34,263 bases of DNA from a virus (taxonomy: Duplodnaviria > Caudoviricetes), in the IMG/VR virus record IMGVR_UViG_3300047275_000117, positions 1 through 34,263 of that record. The stretch is one strand, 5' to 3'. The position numbers and the translations under genes were made by a program. The notes beneath the pieces are model-generated. The model did not search any database. It saw only the letters and a program-made list of their open reading frames with translations, and had not been told where the DNA came from. Below, piece by piece: positions 1 through 8,648 of this stretch (the first letter of the stretch is position 1; each line of letters opens with the position of its first letter).

Positions 1-565
1 CTTCATTGGTCTGGATGCCAAATTGTTGGTCTGCTGCGTTACGAATTTCTTGGTCGGAATACCCTTGAGACAACAAATCTTGATAGACCGCCATCTTGTC
101 AGCTTGAGACATTGAACCAATGTTCGGGGGGAAAGAAATGGGGGGCAATCCACCCCCAGTAGTGCCACCCCCAGTAGTGCCACCTCCAGCAGCACCACCA
201 CCGCCACCTCCAGCAGCACCACCTGAGAACCCTTGGCTAGACATCCAATCAATGTCTGCTTGGCTTACACCAGCGGAAAGCAATTGCTCAGTAGTGGCTC
301 CAACCGTGTTGAACCACTCAATCTTTTCTTGAGGAGAGTAACTGTCCCAATTTGCTGGAAGGATAGACGCAAGATCAGGCGCACCTTGACCAGAGCCACC
401 AGAAACAAAGCCGTTGCTAGACATCCAATCAATGTCTGCCTGCGGGACTCCAGCAGCTAACAACTCGCTTGCAGTAGCCCCAACAGTATTAAACCAATTG
501 ATCTTGTCGGTAGCAGAAAAACTTCCCCAGTTGGCGGGAAGCATTTTAGTTAAGTCTCGTGCCAT
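1..565 (-). CDS. 5' part of a repeat-containing virion/ejection (DNA injection) protein; runs off the left edge and probably continues as the ORF at the right edge
   Basis: Absent from the ORF track because it has no stop. ATG at 565, 4 nt after the 570..1352 stop, open to position 1: MARDLTKMLPANWGSFSATDKINWFNTVG...QADIDWMSS twice, a Gly-rich linker, then FPPNIGSMSQADKMAVYQDLLSQGYSDQEIRNAADQQFGIQTNE. Confidence 0.85.
   Translation of the reverse strand, partial: MARDLTKMLPANWGSFSATDKINWFNTVGATASELLAAGVPQADIDWMSSNGFVSGGSGQGAPDLASILPANWDSYSPQEKIEWFNTVGATTEQLLSAGVSQADIDWMSSQGFSGGAAGGGGGGAAGGGTTGGGTTGGGLPPISFPPNIGSMSQADKMAVYQDLLSQGYSDQEIRNAADQQFGIQTNE
150..223. repeat. Short tandem repeats encoding a Gly-rich linker (GGAAGGG/GGTTG)
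   Basis: ccacccccagtagtg twice (150-179); ccacctccagcagcaccacc twice (180-199, 204-223). Confidence 0.9.
236..439. repeat. 180-nt-period (60 aa) internal duplication
   Basis: Exact 24-nt repeat gctagacatccaatcaatgtctgc at 236-259 and 416-439; the protein unit LPANW...WFNTVGAT...QADIDWMSS occurs twice. Confidence 0.9.
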
Positions 566-569
566 CGTC

Positions 570-1352
570 TTATCCTATGATGATGTATGCGTAAGTCTTG
601 TCAGACGTTGAGTTAGCGTAGTGAGAAATCGTTGCCTGCCCATTCTGTTGAGCAGATACATAAACATTTGAGTAAGCCAGAGGCGCAATAAACTGCACTG
701 AAAGCGTAGCCGCAGGAATCGCAGGTCTCGGGATAGCACCATCAGAAGCAAAGTGTTCCAAAGTAACATCTGTGCTACTTACCGACCCAGCGACTTCAAT
801 GTAGTCACCAGCAGCCAAGGTCAGGACATACTCCGCAACACCAACCACATGAGAAAAATCTGTGGCACTTTTTCGAGGCGGCAAGTAATACCGCCTTCCA
901 GTGTTGTCTATGTCTGTCCCGTTCTTCCGTATCCAGACATCTGCATACTGCCCGTCATTGTTGGCATTCTGTAGCTGGAGACTGTACTTAACCTGATATG
1001 TTCCTGCGTTGCGAACATTGATCCGAGTCGTATTGGAGGCATAGACTCCGTTTGACTCCTCGGTCACTCCCCACTCTACGGTTGCAGTTGTTCCCACACC
1101 TGGAGCCAACTGGTCTGTGTCATTCCTAAATTCACCATAAGGCGCAGTGTCATTAAACGCTGCACTTGAGAACGGAATGAGAATGATCTTTGACTCTGGG
1201 CTTATACGAGCGTCATACAGAGTCGTAGAGGTGGCGTTGCCAGTCGCCAGGGTGATAGTCCCTGTGTTGTTGGTCTTGCCATCCATGATGTTATTGACGA
1301 TCTCAGCAACACCTCGCTGGTCAGCGCCAAATACAGGAAGCCTGCGAAACAT
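570..1352 (-). CDS. Tail protein (tail-needle position) with an internal C1q/BclA-like beta-sandwich region
   Basis: 260 aa, directly downstream of the gp10-like gene with a TAATG overlap; beta-rich segment RINVRNAGTYQVKYSLQL...LTLAAGDYIEV. Confidence 0.6.
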   Translation of the reverse strand: MFRRLPVFGADQRGVAEIVNNIMDGKTNNTGTITLATGNATSTTLYDARISPESKIILIPFSSAAFNDTAPYGEFRNDTDQLAPGVGTTATVEWGVTEESNGVYASNTTRINVRNAGTYQVKYSLQLQNANNDGQYADVWIRKNGTDIDNTGRRYYLPPRKSATDFSHVVGVAEYVLTLAAGDYIEVAGSVSSTDVTLEHFASDGAIPRPAIPAATLSVQFIAPLAYSNVYVSAQQNGQATISHYANSTSDKTYAYIIIG

Positions 1353-2782
1353 TACCTCATCCCCGCAGGCTGCACTTCAATATCAATTCCAATCGCTGTC
1401 TGCCAGTCATCTCCACTCGGGGAGACTTGGAAACGATGGTAACGCCCAAGAGACCTAACGCCCACTCGATTCTCTGAGCTTGCAGCGCTCTGAGTTCCAA
1501 AGTTCACCTGAGTGTCCAAAGCATTACGGGAGAACGCAGCCACACTCGCTGACCCGCCATCCACAAACGGACGCACGAGAGTCACCATTGAGTTGTTGCC
1601 ATCAGTAATGTCTGGGGTCTCAATGACTCCAGTCTTGTTCGGGCCTGTAAATGAAGAGATGCTACTGCCCGTCACGCCCATCAACAGAAGCCTTCCACCT
1701 AACCACAATCGTGAGTCTAGCGGAGTCTCCAGAGCGTCAATGCTGTTAGAAAATACATCCAAATCTTCCAGACTAAACGTCGGAGTAGCCGATGACGCAA
1801 GCGCATTGATCGTCGTGTCAGCATAAGACCACCTCTGTGTTGTGATGTGATAAATATAGAGGCGGTAAATGTTGCCCAGTACAGGCGCACCCCAGACTAC
1901 CAAGTTTCTCTGGGGGTCTACCGCAGCAGACATCTCAAACAGAGATTCTTCACGGACATCATTAAAGAACGTCCGGTTTACTTTCTCAGCACCAATCGGG
2001 ATTACACGCTGACCATCGCAAGCATAGAAACCGTCGTCAGACAGGAAGTAAGTAATACCCTGCCACTGAACCACAGAGTTCTGCTCGTAACAGCCTAGCG
2101 TCGGGCTAATGTTGTCAAACTGGAACACCAATGGCGCTCCAACATAAGACATCCGGTAAATGGCCTTTTCTAGCAACACTAGACCAAACTCACCACCAGT
2201 CACACCCCTAACATCACCACCGTCAGGGAGGTCTTGAAAGTCACTCTGAGTCACAGCGGAGCTAGACCAAGTGGTTGGATCGTTAATCCCAGACCATTGC
2301 ACTCGGTTCTTGTAGTCAGGCTGATAACCCGTCACCACAAAGTCACGCACCACAGTCACGAATCGAGCGTTAGGCGCACCAGAATCCAGAACGGTGAAGT
2401 CTCCGGTTGTCGTGATGTCGTAAGCCTGAAGCGTGTTTGGATCGCCAGCAGCAATCAGCGTGTTACCAAATCTAGCAAACTGCCACTTGTTAGTTACATC
2501 TGTGTAGGTGTTGGCAGAAACGTCATCAAGGTCAAGCGTAGAAGTATTCAGCAAAAACAGAAGCGTAGAGCCACCCGCAACAATCTTCGTGCTTCCTTGC
2601 GTGTCTTTGAAAGACGCTAGGTTGTTTAAATCTTGAGAAGCTGGGTTTGCGTAGGCTTCCTCTTCAGGGAATGGCCCATAACCAACTGCCTTCGGGTAGA
2701 CGTTCTTAGCGTTCGTGAGCGCACCCGCAACTCCAGGTTGGTCAGGTAGCCACTCCGTAAAGCTGATCTTCTGCGTAGCCAT
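1352..2782 (-). CDS. Tail hub/nozzle protein (P22 gp10 / T7 gp12-like)
   Basis: 476 aa beta-rich protein after the adaptor gene; motifs RVQWSGINDPTTW, LGCYEQNSV, YFLSDDGFY typical of podovirus nozzle proteins. Confidence 0.75.
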   Translation of the reverse strand: MATQKISFTEWLPDQPGVAGALTNAKNVYPKAVGYGPFPEEEAYANPASQDLNNLASFKDTQGSTKIVAGGSTLLFLLNTSTLDLDDVSANTYTDVTNKWQFARFGNTLIAAGDPNTLQAYDITTTGDFTVLDSGAPNARFVTVVRDFVVTGYQPDYKNRVQWSGINDPTTWSSSAVTQSDFQDLPDGGDVRGVTGGEFGLVLLEKAIYRMSYVGAPLVFQFDNISPTLGCYEQNSVVQWQGITYFLSDDGFYACDGQRVIPIGAEKVNRTFFNDVREESLFEMSAAVDPQRNLVVWGAPVLGNIYRLYIYHITTQRWSYADTTINALASSATPTFSLEDLDVFSNSIDALETPLDSRLWLGGRLLLMGVTGSSISSFTGPNKTGVIETPDITDGNNSMVTLVRPFVDGGSASVAAFSRNALDTQVNFGTQSAASSENRVGVRSLGRYHRFQVSPSGDDWQTAIGIDIEVQPAGMR

Positions 2783-3402
2783 TACTGAGCCGCCACCCGA
2801 ATCTGCAACGGAACACCAGAGTACTCAGCAGCGTCACTAGAATCGTTAGCATTCGAGATGGCCTGCTGGTACATACTCGCCCACACTTGTGTACGGGCAT
2901 CGTTCATCAGGTAAGGCTCTGCCTCCATGAGCGCACCGTAAAGCAAAGCGTCAGGAGTGTTCACCAAAAACTCGTTGCTCGTGTTTGAGTCACTCAGAGC
3001 CGTTGGCTTCTTGTAGTAAAGCATCTTGATGCTATAAGCGCTATCAGGATACGGAGCTAGTTCAATCGTGTTCGAGTTAATGGTGTAGTCAAGAGGCTTG
3101 CCAGTCTCATCTGCACGAGAGTTACGGGAGAAAGCAGACGGACTCATGTAGGTCAAGACCTGACGTGGGGTTCCCACTACATACAAGTCTCGAATCTCTA
3201 AGAAGTCACTGGGGAGATTTATGGTAGCCACTCCGCTGGTAGCGGTTAGTGTGGTGCTGGTGACCATCTGCCGAATACGCAACTGTCTCTGAAGACGCAA
3301 CTCGGCAAATGTAATGAAATCAGGAATCTGATTATCGAGGTCGCTTCTTCCGAGGTAGTTTGCTACGCTCGTCTTTAGTTCTGAGTAGGTGGTCAGGCTC
3401 AT
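2782..3402 (-). CDS. Head-tail adaptor (P22 gp4 / T7 gp11-like)
   Basis: 206 aa; TYSELKTSVANYLGRSDL...IPDFITFAE...LPSDF...PDALLYGALMEAEPYL; lies between capsid and nozzle genes. Confidence 0.75.
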   Translation of the reverse strand: MSLTTYSELKTSVANYLGRSDLDNQIPDFITFAELRLQRQLRIRQMVTSTTLTATSGVATINLPSDFLEIRDLYVVGTPRQVLTYMSPSAFSRNSRADETGKPLDYTINSNTIELAPYPDSAYSIKMLYYKKPTALSDSNTSNEFLVNTPDALLYGALMEAEPYLMNDARTQVWASMYQQAISNANDSSDAAEYSGVPLQIRVAAQ

Positions 3403-4024
3403 CTATGTTATGCCATCCGTAGGTATAAGACCCGACATGCCCTATTAGCTGGGTCAAGTCATGGTCAACAAATGTCTCAAAGCCAGCATCAAAGGCTTGA
3501 ACGCAGAAATGCACGTCTTCACCCATGATCTTCTTGCCAGGAAGCTCGTAGAACCAGTACCAAGGCTCCGGTGTCTTCTCAAACACTTCCCGTTTTACTA
3601 GCATCACACCGCATCCAATGGCGGTCACTCTTTCTATCCCAGTCTTACCCTTTGAGTTGACTGGAATCCAGCTATTTGTCTGCTCCTCAAAGTCAATCTT
3701 GAGGTTTTTAGCAGTTGGCCTGACTGGTTCGCTTCGAGTGGTGGCATTTACGCCAACAATCGGCAAATTTAACGAAATCAGACGCTCAATCGTGTCCTTC
3801 GGGAACCGCATATCTGCGTCAATCCACAGAATGTAGTCACATCCCTCGTCTAGCGCAGCCCTAACCAGATTATTTCGCTGGTCAAAGATCAAAGTCCCGT
3901 TAACTGTGTAAATCCCGATCTCACCATCACGATGTCGTGCGTCATAAGCACACATCACAGCAAGATCAAACGCAGTCCCAATCTCCATCTGGCCCCGTGA
4001 GGGGATGCAGATACCTACTTTCAC
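3332..4024 (-). CDS. Glycosyltransferase, GT2/GT-A fold
   Basis: N-terminal VGICIP strand, RNNLV, DxD motif (LWIDADM), GCGVMLVKREVFEK, GEDVHFC, late GH motif. Confidence 0.8.
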   Translation of the reverse strand: MKVGICIPSRGQMEIGTAFDLAVMCAYDARHRDGEIGIYTVNGTLIFDQRNNLVRAALDEGCDYILWIDADMRFPKDTIERLISLNLPIVGVNATTRSEPVRPTAKNLKIDFEEQTNSWIPVNSKGKTGIERVTAIGCGVMLVKREVFEKTPEPWYWFYELPGKKIMGEDVHFCVQAFDAGFETFVDHDLTQLIGHVGSYTYGWHNIDEPDHLLRTKDERSKLPRKKRPR

Positions 4025-4344
4025 TAGACTCTCCCTGGTCTCACACGAAAATGTCGGTTATCAGGATCGTTTAGCCATGCTTTCATGGCCTTGGGGTCAA
4101 CAATATGGAATCCTCGGCAGATTCCCTTCTTGTTGAGTTCCTGAAACACTGAGAGAGGTATCTGAGCAATGTGTGTCCACTCGCCCCAACGAGTATTCCC
4201 GTCGGTCTGTGCGTACATGGCTTTGTTTTGCTCGATGATCTGGGACACATCCTGTTTTGTCTCGACCACAAATGTGTCGGCATCAGGCATGTGAGCAATA
4301 TTTGTCACTCCCGTTAAGGGGTCATGACTGAGAATTTTCTTCAT
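4024..4344 (-). CDS. Phage hypothetical protein downstream of capsid
   Basis: 106 aa, GAGG RBS; QDVSQII...HIAQIP...WLNDPDNRHFR. Confidence 0.75.
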   Translation of the reverse strand: MKKILSHDPLTGVTNIAHMPDADTFVVETKQDVSQIIEQNKAMYAQTDGNTRWGEWTHIAQIPLSVFQELNKKGICRGFHIVDPKAMKAWLNDPDNRHFRVRPGRV

Positions 4345-4352
4345 ACAACCTC

Positions 4353-4386
4353 AAGAAAATGATGGGGGCAGGTGCCCACCCCCATC
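4353..4386 (-). terminator. Probable intrinsic terminator after the major capsid gene
   Basis: Minus strand GATGGGGGTGG-gcac-CTGCCCCCATC stem-loop followed by ATTTTCTT, ~10 nt after the MCP stop. Confidence 0.65.
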
Positions 4387-4395
4387 CTACTACAC

Positions 4396-5349
4396 TTACG
4401 ACGTGGCTACAAGGTCAGCAACCAGACCATGAGCTGCCTCTTGCTTCATTTCCAAGGTAAGTTCAGCAAGGACCTGAGTTTTTTCTGAGTCACCTGTGCG
4501 AGCAAGCTCGTTGGTTTGGAAAGGACGCAGGTAAGCGAGAGCAGCGTACTCAGGATCAAGCACGAATGCGTCACGGGTACGCATAAAGCGGTTAGGCACG
4601 ATCTGAAGCACACCAAAGTCGCTCTGATACAGGTCAGCACCAGCAAGGATGGCGATCTCGCCACCAGTATTGCTGTTGTAGCGGTGCTGGCTCAGGCCGG
4701 TGAAAGCAGAGACATCCTGCTTGAGTGCGGGAGGAACCACGAGCAGAGTGGGCGTACCACCTTGCGTGAAGACCTTCTGCACCACGTCCTTGAGCATAGA
4801 CTCTTGGAAAGTGCGAGTCGTAGCGGAGTCAGAACGAACGTCAGAACCGTCACCAGTGGGGTTAGTACCAGCGGACTGCTTGTTGACGTTGGTCGTGATC
4901 CAGGACAGGAGCGAACCCATCTTGCGAGTACCGGACGAACCAGAGTCTTTAGCCTGGTTAGCCGTGATGATCGCCTCAATGTCACGCTTGAGTTCAGCAG
5001 AAGCCTTAGCAAGCTGGTAAGCCTTCTCAGACTTGCGGCCTGCTTTGTCCACAGACTCAAGGGTTCCCGACACTTGGATGGTCTTGCCGACGATCTGCGT
5101 GTAGTTGCCAATGCGGACGGTGGGGGTCAGCGTGGCGGCAGTAGCGTCTGCACCTTCAGCCAGATAGTTCAGGGTGTTAGCAGCAGCGAGAGAGTCTTTC
5201 TGCCACTCGTGGTTAACAGCGGTCGCCTTGGTCTTGCCGATGGACGACATGATGGGCGTGTCTTGGGGGGAGATGTCATAGATAACATCAGCGAGGTCTT
5301 CACGAAGACCCTTTGCGGCATTAGCGCCAAATGTACCGAATGTAGGCAT
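4396..5349 (-). CDS. Major capsid protein (DUF5309/SU10-like)
   Basis: 317 aa; GLREDLADVIYDISPQDTP, HEWQKDSL, GNYTQI, LKRDIE, SDFG, PNRF motifs; follows the scaffold gene. Confidence 0.9.
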   Translation of the reverse strand: MPTFGTFGANAAKGLREDLADVIYDISPQDTPIMSSIGKTKATAVNHEWQKDSLAAANTLNYLAEGADATAATLTPTVRIGNYTQIVGKTIQVSGTLESVDKAGRKSEKAYQLAKASAELKRDIEAIITANQAKDSGSSGTRKMGSLLSWITTNVNKQSAGTNPTGDGSDVRSDSATTRTFQESMLKDVVQKVFTQGGTPTLLVVPPALKQDVSAFTGLSQHRYNSNTGGEIAILAGADLYQSDFGVLQIVPNRFMRTRDAFVLDPEYAALAYLRPFQTNELARTGDSEKTQVLAELTLEMKQEAAHGLVADLVATS

Positions 5350-5365
5350 TTTTACTTCCTTTCAA

Positions 5366-6304
5366 TTAGAGAAATGATTCAAAAAGTCTGGCGGCATCTT
5401 TTACCTTCCCAGACTTCCTTACTTGTTGTTTGAGTTTCTTACTCTGTTCCGTTTGACGGGACTCAGGGTTACTTGTGCCAGGACGCAGCATCTTGGGGGC
5501 TTGAGACACCCTCTTAGTAGCGTCAATCTTGCCCTTCATCAGCTTGTCGTACTGTGCAGCCTTGTAAAGTGCGGTCACTGCTCGGGAGTCGTAAACCTGT
5601 GCAAGCTCTTGGTCAGTAAAGCCAACAGACTTTGCGTATTCACGAATCTCTTTCTTGATGATCTCGCCCTTTACCTCATCCTGCCATTCGGGGATTGCCT
5701 CCCTCAGCTTTGCGGCCTCACTAGCTAGGTGCATTTTGAGACGCTCCTGCTGGTCAAACTGCTGCTTCTGAGCCAACCTTGCCCGTTCTGCTTGGACTGC
5801 GGCTAGTTGTTTTTGTCTCTCAGTTTGTTCTGCAACTGCCACGGCATAGCCAATGGGGTCAGTCTCTTTCAACTGAGATAGGTCAGGCTCCGGTTGCTGG
5901 AGCATTTGCTCAATGATGGAAAGGCGTTGAGCGTATTGGTCACGAAGTCTTGCGGCCTCCTCAATCTTGGCCTGCTGCGCCTCTACTGCCTTGCGCTGCT
6001 CCGCTACCTCTTGAGTCTTTTTCGTGTAATCAGATGTACGAGAATAACCCTTGATAAGCTCATCCAGCGGAACCTCGACTTCCTCCTTGCCTACCTTAAC
6101 TCTGTAGGTGGGGGTCGTTTCCTCTGGTTCATCATAGTCATCTTCGTGGAGGTCTTCTTGCACCTCCTCATGCTCGATTGCCTCATCAATAATCTCGGAA
6201 GGCTCTGGTTGGGCTTGCGCCTCCTCGCCATCCATCATACCGAGAAACTGTCCAGCAGCGTCTGACACGCTTAATGCACTCCCTTGCGGGTTGGTGTTTT
6301 CCAT
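5366..6304 (-). CDS. Capsid scaffolding protein
   Basis: 312 aa; acidic N-terminus, YRVKVGKEEVEVPLDELIKGYSRTSDYTKKTQ, coiled coil, basic C-terminus; between portal and MCP. Confidence 0.85.
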   Translation of the reverse strand: MENTNPQGSALSVSDAAGQFLGMMDGEEAQAQPEPSEIIDEAIEHEEVQEDLHEDDYDEPEETTPTYRVKVGKEEVEVPLDELIKGYSRTSDYTKKTQEVAEQRKAVEAQQAKIEEAARLRDQYAQRLSIIEQMLQQPEPDLSQLKETDPIGYAVAVAEQTERQKQLAAVQAERARLAQKQQFDQQERLKMHLASEAAKLREAIPEWQDEVKGEIIKKEIREYAKSVGFTDQELAQVYDSRAVTALYKAAQYDKLMKGKIDATKRVSQAPKMLRPGTSNPESRQTEQSKKLKQQVRKSGKVKDAARLFESFL

Positions 6305-6316
6305 CTAAGACTCCTG

Positions 6317-6556
6317 TTAAAAAATCTTGAAGCGTTTCTTCTCTATTGATGGTTTGTCAGCAATAGATTGGATTGACGCAATAAACTCCTCGATAGCCCT
6401 GTGTTTGATTAGCGCCCTCTCTCGAAGGTCTACATCAGTCTCAGAACTATTCAATATGGTGGAAATATACCCCTGTTGTTGTTTTTGTACAACAGAGGTG
6501 AAAAACTCGTCATTCAAGAGCGTTGAGGCACGCTCGGGCCAGTTATCAGTACTCAC
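6317..6556 (-). CDS. Small head-region hypothetical protein
   Basis: Likely GTG start at 6556 overlapping the portal end (the track uses 6568); usual small ORF between portal and scaffold. Confidence 0.65.
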   Translation of the reverse strand: MSTDNWPERASTLLNDEFFTSVVQKQQQGYISTILNSSETDVDLRERALIKHRAIEEFIASIQSIADKPSIEKKRFKIF

Positions 6557-8648
6557 CAGGGATTTCAATGTTTCCGGTTATCTCTGAGCCAACCTTTGCC
6601 GCTTTGAGTTGGGCCTCTGCTTGGAACTCCGCAGTCTTGAGTTGCAGGCTTGCGGCTGCTTTCTCTCTTGCAAGTTGAATCTCAGCCATTGCCTTCTCAC
6701 GAGCCAGTTGAATCTCTGCCTGCGCTTTTGCTTGGTCGATCTGGATGTCTGACTGGGCTTTGGCCTGTGCCGCTTGCAGTTGCATTTGCATCTGCTGCTG
6801 CAACATCATCATCTGGGGATCGGGTTGCCCCTGCGTCTGAGCCATCGCCTGCTCTGCTTCGGGAGGGATTTCACGGAAGAACTCAGTGGAATCTTTAAAA
6901 CCAGCGCTTTCGATGAATCTGCCAAGCGTGGCTCGATATTGTGAGATTCCAACCAAAGCCTGACCAATGCCACCCTGTCCAAGTAGCTGCTCCTGTTTCT
7001 GTAGCACCATTGCAAGCATAGCCATTTGTTCCTGGCGATTACCAGTCCCCAGACCAACATTCACGGTTACATCATAGGAACTGTCCCATTCACGAGGGTC
7101 GATGCTTACATACTTGCCACGAAGTCTGACGACACGAGGCTTGTCTTGGTATTTACAGAGAAGGTGCAGAATCTTCTTGAACATGTCCCGCACACCGCCT
7201 TCAGCAAACATCCGAGCCATGAGTTCGACCTTGCTTGCAGCAGCGTTTTGCATTGCCGCAACCGCAGTCGCAGTCGTGTTCTGAAGGATGTTGGGGTCTA
7301 GCCCTTGTGAGGCCATGCTGACCCCTGTCCGCTTCTCCTGAATCTGATCGAGATACTGGAGCATCGGGAACGACTGAGCCGCTACAGGAGGTATAGAAAG
7401 CTGCCCAATAGCCGCTGGATTCTTCACCCTCACCACACCACCCACTGCTTGCGTCAGGAGGTCGTCAAGGTTCACTTGGCCCTCTACTGCGGTCACACGA
7501 GGTGTGTTAGTTAGGTACAGATTGTCGAGAATCTGGCGGGTGATCGTGGACTTAATAAGCTGCAAGTCCATTGTCCGGTCTGCCAGAGAGTGTCCAAAGA
7601 ACTTGTGAGGCATCGGAATCGGGCAGACTGAGGCGAATGGCACATAGTCAATCTCTTCGTCCTCCAGCACCTCCATGCCTGCGTAGACGATTCTGCGCAG
7701 TTCAGCGATACCGTCCTTATCCTCGTCAATCCGTATATAGCACTCGTACACTTCAATCTCTTGCATCGAGTGGTCGAGACTTTGACGGTCTAGCGGTTGC
7801 TCGCCTTGTGTGTACCTAGCAACTTTTTCAGGCGTGAACTCCAAGTCTTCGTAGGTAGCGAGGTCGTTGACCACATCCTCTGGGTAGCCCATAGCCACAA
7901 GGTCGGAACGAGTCACGAGCTTGCGGTGAGCGCAGAACGGAGTGGAGGGGATGTCTCGTGCCTTCTTAGAGATGATGAACTCCTCGGGAGGCACATTCTC
8001 AATAACGACTCGGCCTTTACGGTCGATCTTCCGTATCTTCACATTGTAGGCAAAGACAGGCTGCATGATGGGTTCCAACTGGATACCCTGCTGCTGCGCC
8101 ATCATCAGGTCTTGAGGAGTCGGTGGGACTGGTTGCTCGCCTACCTGAATCTCCTCTTGCTCTACAACTTCGTATTGCTCATCAGACAGAAGAATGGTTA
8201 GTTCTTCTTGCGTCAGGTTCTCGTAGGACTCGGTGTTGACTTCTTCCTTCTCGTCCCAGTAGACCTTGAGGATGCCGTTCTTCTGCAACAGCGCATCCTT
8301 GAACCATGTGTGCATGATCGTCACACCAGGGTTGTCCCTGTAGAACACCCAGTTACAGTATTCCGTCGCCTGCTTTGCTTTCTCCTCATCTCCAGGGCCA
8401 GAAGGCTCAAAGCGCACCGCCTCATCCGACTGAGTGAAGACTCTCAGGATCGCAGGCAAAGCCCCGTCTACGGCCTCTGCGACCTCTCCAGTAACGATAG
8501 TAGAGCGACCCTCAACCTCGTTACCAAAGCCCTCACGGTTGTAATACTGGATTGCCTTGCGACGAGCTTCAGTTGTTTCCGTCTCGATATAGCCAAGCGA
8601 ATCCATTATTTCAGAATCAAGAATGGCTTTGATTTGATTTTCAGTCAT
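6546..8648 (-). CDS. Portal protein (P22-like)
   Basis: ~700 aa; start placed at the TAATG overlap with the terL stop; VRFEP, FKDALLQKNGILKVYW, IENVPPEEF, Q/A-rich C-terminal barrel helix. Confidence 0.9.
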   Translation of the reverse strand: MTENQIKAILDSEIMDSLGYIETETTEARRKAIQYYNREGFGNEVEGRSTIVTGEVAEAVDGALPAILRVFTQSDEAVRFEPSGPGDEEKAKQATEYCNWVFYRDNPGVTIMHTWFKDALLQKNGILKVYWDEKEEVNTESYENLTQEELTILLSDEQYEVVEQEEIQVGEQPVPPTPQDLMMAQQQGIQLEPIMQPVFAYNVKIRKIDRKGRVVIENVPPEEFIISKKARDIPSTPFCAHRKLVTRSDLVAMGYPEDVVNDLATYEDLEFTPEKVARYTQGEQPLDRQSLDHSMQEIEVYECYIRIDEDKDGIAELRRIVYAGMEVLEDEEIDYVPFASVCPIPMPHKFFGHSLADRTMDLQLIKSTITRQILDNLYLTNTPRVTAVEGQVNLDDLLTQAVGGVVRVKNPAAIGQLSIPPVAAQSFPMLQYLDQIQEKRTGVSMASQGLDPNILQNTTATAVAAMQNAAASKVELMARMFAEGGVRDMFKKILHLLCKYQDKPRVVRLRGKYVSIDPREWDSSYDVTVNVGLGTGNRQEQMAMLAMVLQKQEQLLGQGGIGQALVGISQYRATLGRFIESAGFKDSTEFFREIPPEAEQAMAQTQGQPDPQMMMLQQQMQMQLQAAQAKAQSDIQIDQAKAQAEIQLAREKAMAEIQLAREKAAASLQLKTAEFQAEAQLKAAKVGSEITGNIEIPGEY

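Noticed and set aside
4516-5433. 305 aa plus-strand ORF antisense to the capsid gene
   Set aside because: No recognisable motifs or RBS; explained as a shadow of strong codon bias in the MCP gene.
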